Part shown: positions 22,902 through 25,421 of the stretch, one piece after another | How the letters are laid out: each line of letters opens with the position of its first letter | Numbering within the stretch: the first letter of the stretch is position 1 | Source: Tubiluchus corallicola | Taxonomy: Eukaryota; Animalia; Priapulida | Length of the DNA: 25,421 bases | Assembly (NCBI GenBank): GCA_030141605.1 | Contig: JAQGDQ010001791.1 | Location: 1-25,421 of the forward strand | Direction: 5' to 3' | The notes under the pieces: model-generated | Told to the model about the DNA's origin: nothing | What the model saw: the letters and a program-made list of their open reading frames with translations, nothing else | Databases searched by the model: none | Translations under genes and position numbers: made by a program

Positions 22902-23270
22902 CAGGGATGAGAATTTTCCGTGGATGCGCACAATTCCGAGTTTTTGGAAGACCAGTAGTGCCATTTTTGTAATTCGCGTAAATTCGTTGAGAAAATTTTT
23001 ACGGACCCAGTACATTATTTCACAAACTGACCGCTAGTTGGCAGGACGTCACTTTGTTTACATCACGTACATCAGTGTAACCACGTGTATATCTCTATGT
23101 ATTAAAATATAGAATCAATTGTGCGGAGTTATTTGAGTCAATTGCAGACAGTTTTTATATACTTTTGCATAGGAGCGGCCAGTACTTAGGCGTTTTTGAG
23201 ACAATTAGGTATCATGTATCCTTGATAGTTGGGTATTTTAAATTATGCATGAAACAAGGTAACTGATATT
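22902..23270 (+). mobile_element. Left part of the hAT-like element (right end at 1285-1426)
   Basis: CTGTAT|CAGGGATGAGAAT; a second family copy lies at 16465; interrupted at TTAA 23271-23274 by the Sola3-like insertion. Confidence 0.75.
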
Positions 23271-23274
23271 TTAA

Positions 23275-23604
23275 GAGTCATTCCGACTCTGTGCAACGTA
23301 TGTTTCAAGCCATTCGCTCATATTGTATTTAACCGCCAGGTTTGCACCGTCTCGTAAAGATATACGCATATACACCGACTACCATATTCAACTAAACTCT
23401 GACGAGAATCAGGGCGCTGACGCTTATAATCGCAAATTTTCAAAATAGCAAAAAGGCAACAACAAATTCTTTACGTCCACGACTATTTTTTATTCGCCAA
23501 TATTCAATGAAAAGTCGCACTATAGTAAATAATAATAAGCTAATAATTGATAATACATACAGTAAGCTGCTACTATGTGTTGCTATGGTAACCTCCTTAT
23601 CAAA
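23275..23604. mobile_element. Left part of the Sola3-like element
   Basis: TTAA|GAGTCATTCCG terminus pairing with 1270-1284. Confidence 0.6.
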
Positions 23605-24000
23605 AGAGACAGAGAGACAGAGAGAGAGAGTCACAGAGAGACAGAGAGAGTCACAGAGAGACAGAGAGAGACACATAGAGACAGAGAGAGACACAGAGAG
23701 ACAGAGAGAGAGAGACACACAGAGAGGCAGATGGAGACACAGAGAGACAGAAAGAGAGACACACAGAAACAGAGAGACACACAGAGAGAGACAGAGACAG
23801 ACAGAGAAAGAGAAAGAGACACAGAGAGAGACAGAAACAGAGAGAGAGAGACAGAGAGAGACAGACAGAGACACAAAGAGACACAGAGAGACAGAAAGAG
23901 ACAGAGAGAGGCACAGAGAGACGGAGAGAGACACATAGAGACAGAGAGAGACACAGAGAGACAGAGAGAGACAGAGAGACACATAGAGACAGAGAGAGAC
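23605..24000. repeat. GA/CA-rich compound microsatellite, same family as 1-661
   Basis: Read directly from the sequence; explains ORFs 23440-24240. Confidence 0.97.
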
Positions 24001-24160
<160 letters not shown>

Positions 24161-24172
<12 letters not shown>

Positions 24173-25421
24173 GTCACACCCTCATAAATAAGCATGTACT
24201 TATACTTAGAAAACAGTTTTCACAAAAGACACAATACTAATCCTTAATATACAATCATTTTATAAGTATCCAGAACAATCAACTAAACATACGTTTCATC
24301 AACGATCTACAAGTGATTTTGTGTGGGAACATACCATACAGTACAGTATTATGGAATGCACCTGGCTTCAGACACTGATTGGCCAGTTAGCATTACTTGT
24401 TGCCAAGCAACAACAATCCCACGGGTGTTAAACTTTTCTACAATGTTTGTGCATAGCCATAGCAGGAAAATAAACAGACCTGGGTGACTGCGCTTAGGAC
24501 TGACCTTGGGCGGCAGTCTACTGCCTTCCGTCCATTGCAGGAAAAACACAGGCAGCAGTGTGCTGCCTTCCGTAGTGAAAGGGTTAAGTTTCTTGCTTAC
24601 CAATATTCATAGGCAGAGTTGACGCTCCCATCGGCAGCATCCCGGAAACGCTCGATCGCGGCATGGCTGGCATAGTCGCCGACGGAACGCCCGCTGAAGC
24701 CATAGGGTTGAACATGGCAGGCGGGGTGGGTTGCAATTTCATGGATGCAGGAAGCGCTGTTGGGAGCTCGTGACCCTGTAACTTCCTCTTAATCAGGTGC
24801 ATGGCGATGGAGAACTCCTGCTTGTCCATCTTGCCGTCCTTGTTCATATCGGCAAGGTCCCTTAAAAAATAAGAAAATCTTGAATCTCTTCTTAGCGGTT
24901 TTAGTAAAACAATGTTTTAGTAAATCCTATAACTAGAGGCCAGAGTCACGCCTGTTCAGCTCAGCTCCGTCCGGTTTATTTCTACAGTCGACCGAGTCGA
25001 TAAGAAATTCAGCTTTAGTCCCGCCAGCCACTCAATGGTTTTGTAATGTCAAATGTATAAATAGTGTAAATGTAATGAGTGAAATTTATCTAATGTAAAG
25101 CATGTTTCTGTTAATTGTGTCATGTCAAATGTATATATAGTGTAAAATATGTCATGTAAAATTTAATGAACTTTTGTAATGTTGTTTTGTAAAAATGTTT
25201 TAATATGGTGTTTGTAAATATGTTCATTTATTGTATATAATTAGGCCTTAGTTTTGCACTTTAGTTTTTTTAGTATGCACTGGACGCATTTGTCTTGAAC
25301 AGTGTTGTTATCTTAACATTACGCTGAGGCTTACTCAATTTTATTATAATGAGTGAACCATTTTAATGACAAATAAAGAATTAATATATATATATATATC
25401 AGTGATGGAATTCGAGCTAGC
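24161..25421. repeat. Right arm of the second inverted duplication, running to the window end
   Basis: Reverse complement of 20996-22256; stops where the 60-bp minisatellite would begin. Confidence 0.98.
24601..24860 (-). other. ITSN1: Inverted duplicate of intersectin exon 21557-21816 with intact splice sites
   Basis: Identical translation (ORF 24584..24847). It may be an assembly duplicate or second haplotype rather than a separate gene copy. Confidence 0.85.

Overview
AT-rich, intron- and repeat-rich eukaryotic DNA, most likely from an invertebrate animal, with one 8-N gap at 2990-2997. There are no prokaryotic features. The only real host gene I can support is the 5' part of an intersectin (ITSN/Dap160) gene on the + strand. 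Its EH1 and Pro/Met-rich linker exons are at 19070-19162, 20085-20148, 21557-21816 and 22470-22650, with a possible start exon ending at 17159. Its EH2 exon lies out of order at 2313-2492. Two nested DNA transposons are split between ~22.9-23.6 kb and 0.7-1.4 kb: a hAT-like element with a CTGTAT target-site duplication and a Sola3-like element with a TTAA duplication. These, plus the splice phases, indicate that segment 1-2989 naturally continues from ~24000. Two near-perfect inverted duplications are present (2998-7073/11439-15514 and 20996-~22256/~24161-25421), and both break inside complementary dinucleotide microsatellites. The larger one carries a 2.56-kb internally deleted P-superfamily (THAP) transposon with short TIRs and a 7-bp TSD. 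The rest is MITEs, a possible Helitron junction, five minisatellite families (48, 51, 51, 52 and 60 bp units), a ~47-bp poly-G repeat and microsatellites. Almost all ORFs in the supplied track are repeat artefacts. The simplest explanation of the rearrangements is mis-assembly through microsatellites. A genuine microsatellite-primed fold-back rearrangement inside ITSN is the more interesting but less likely alternative.
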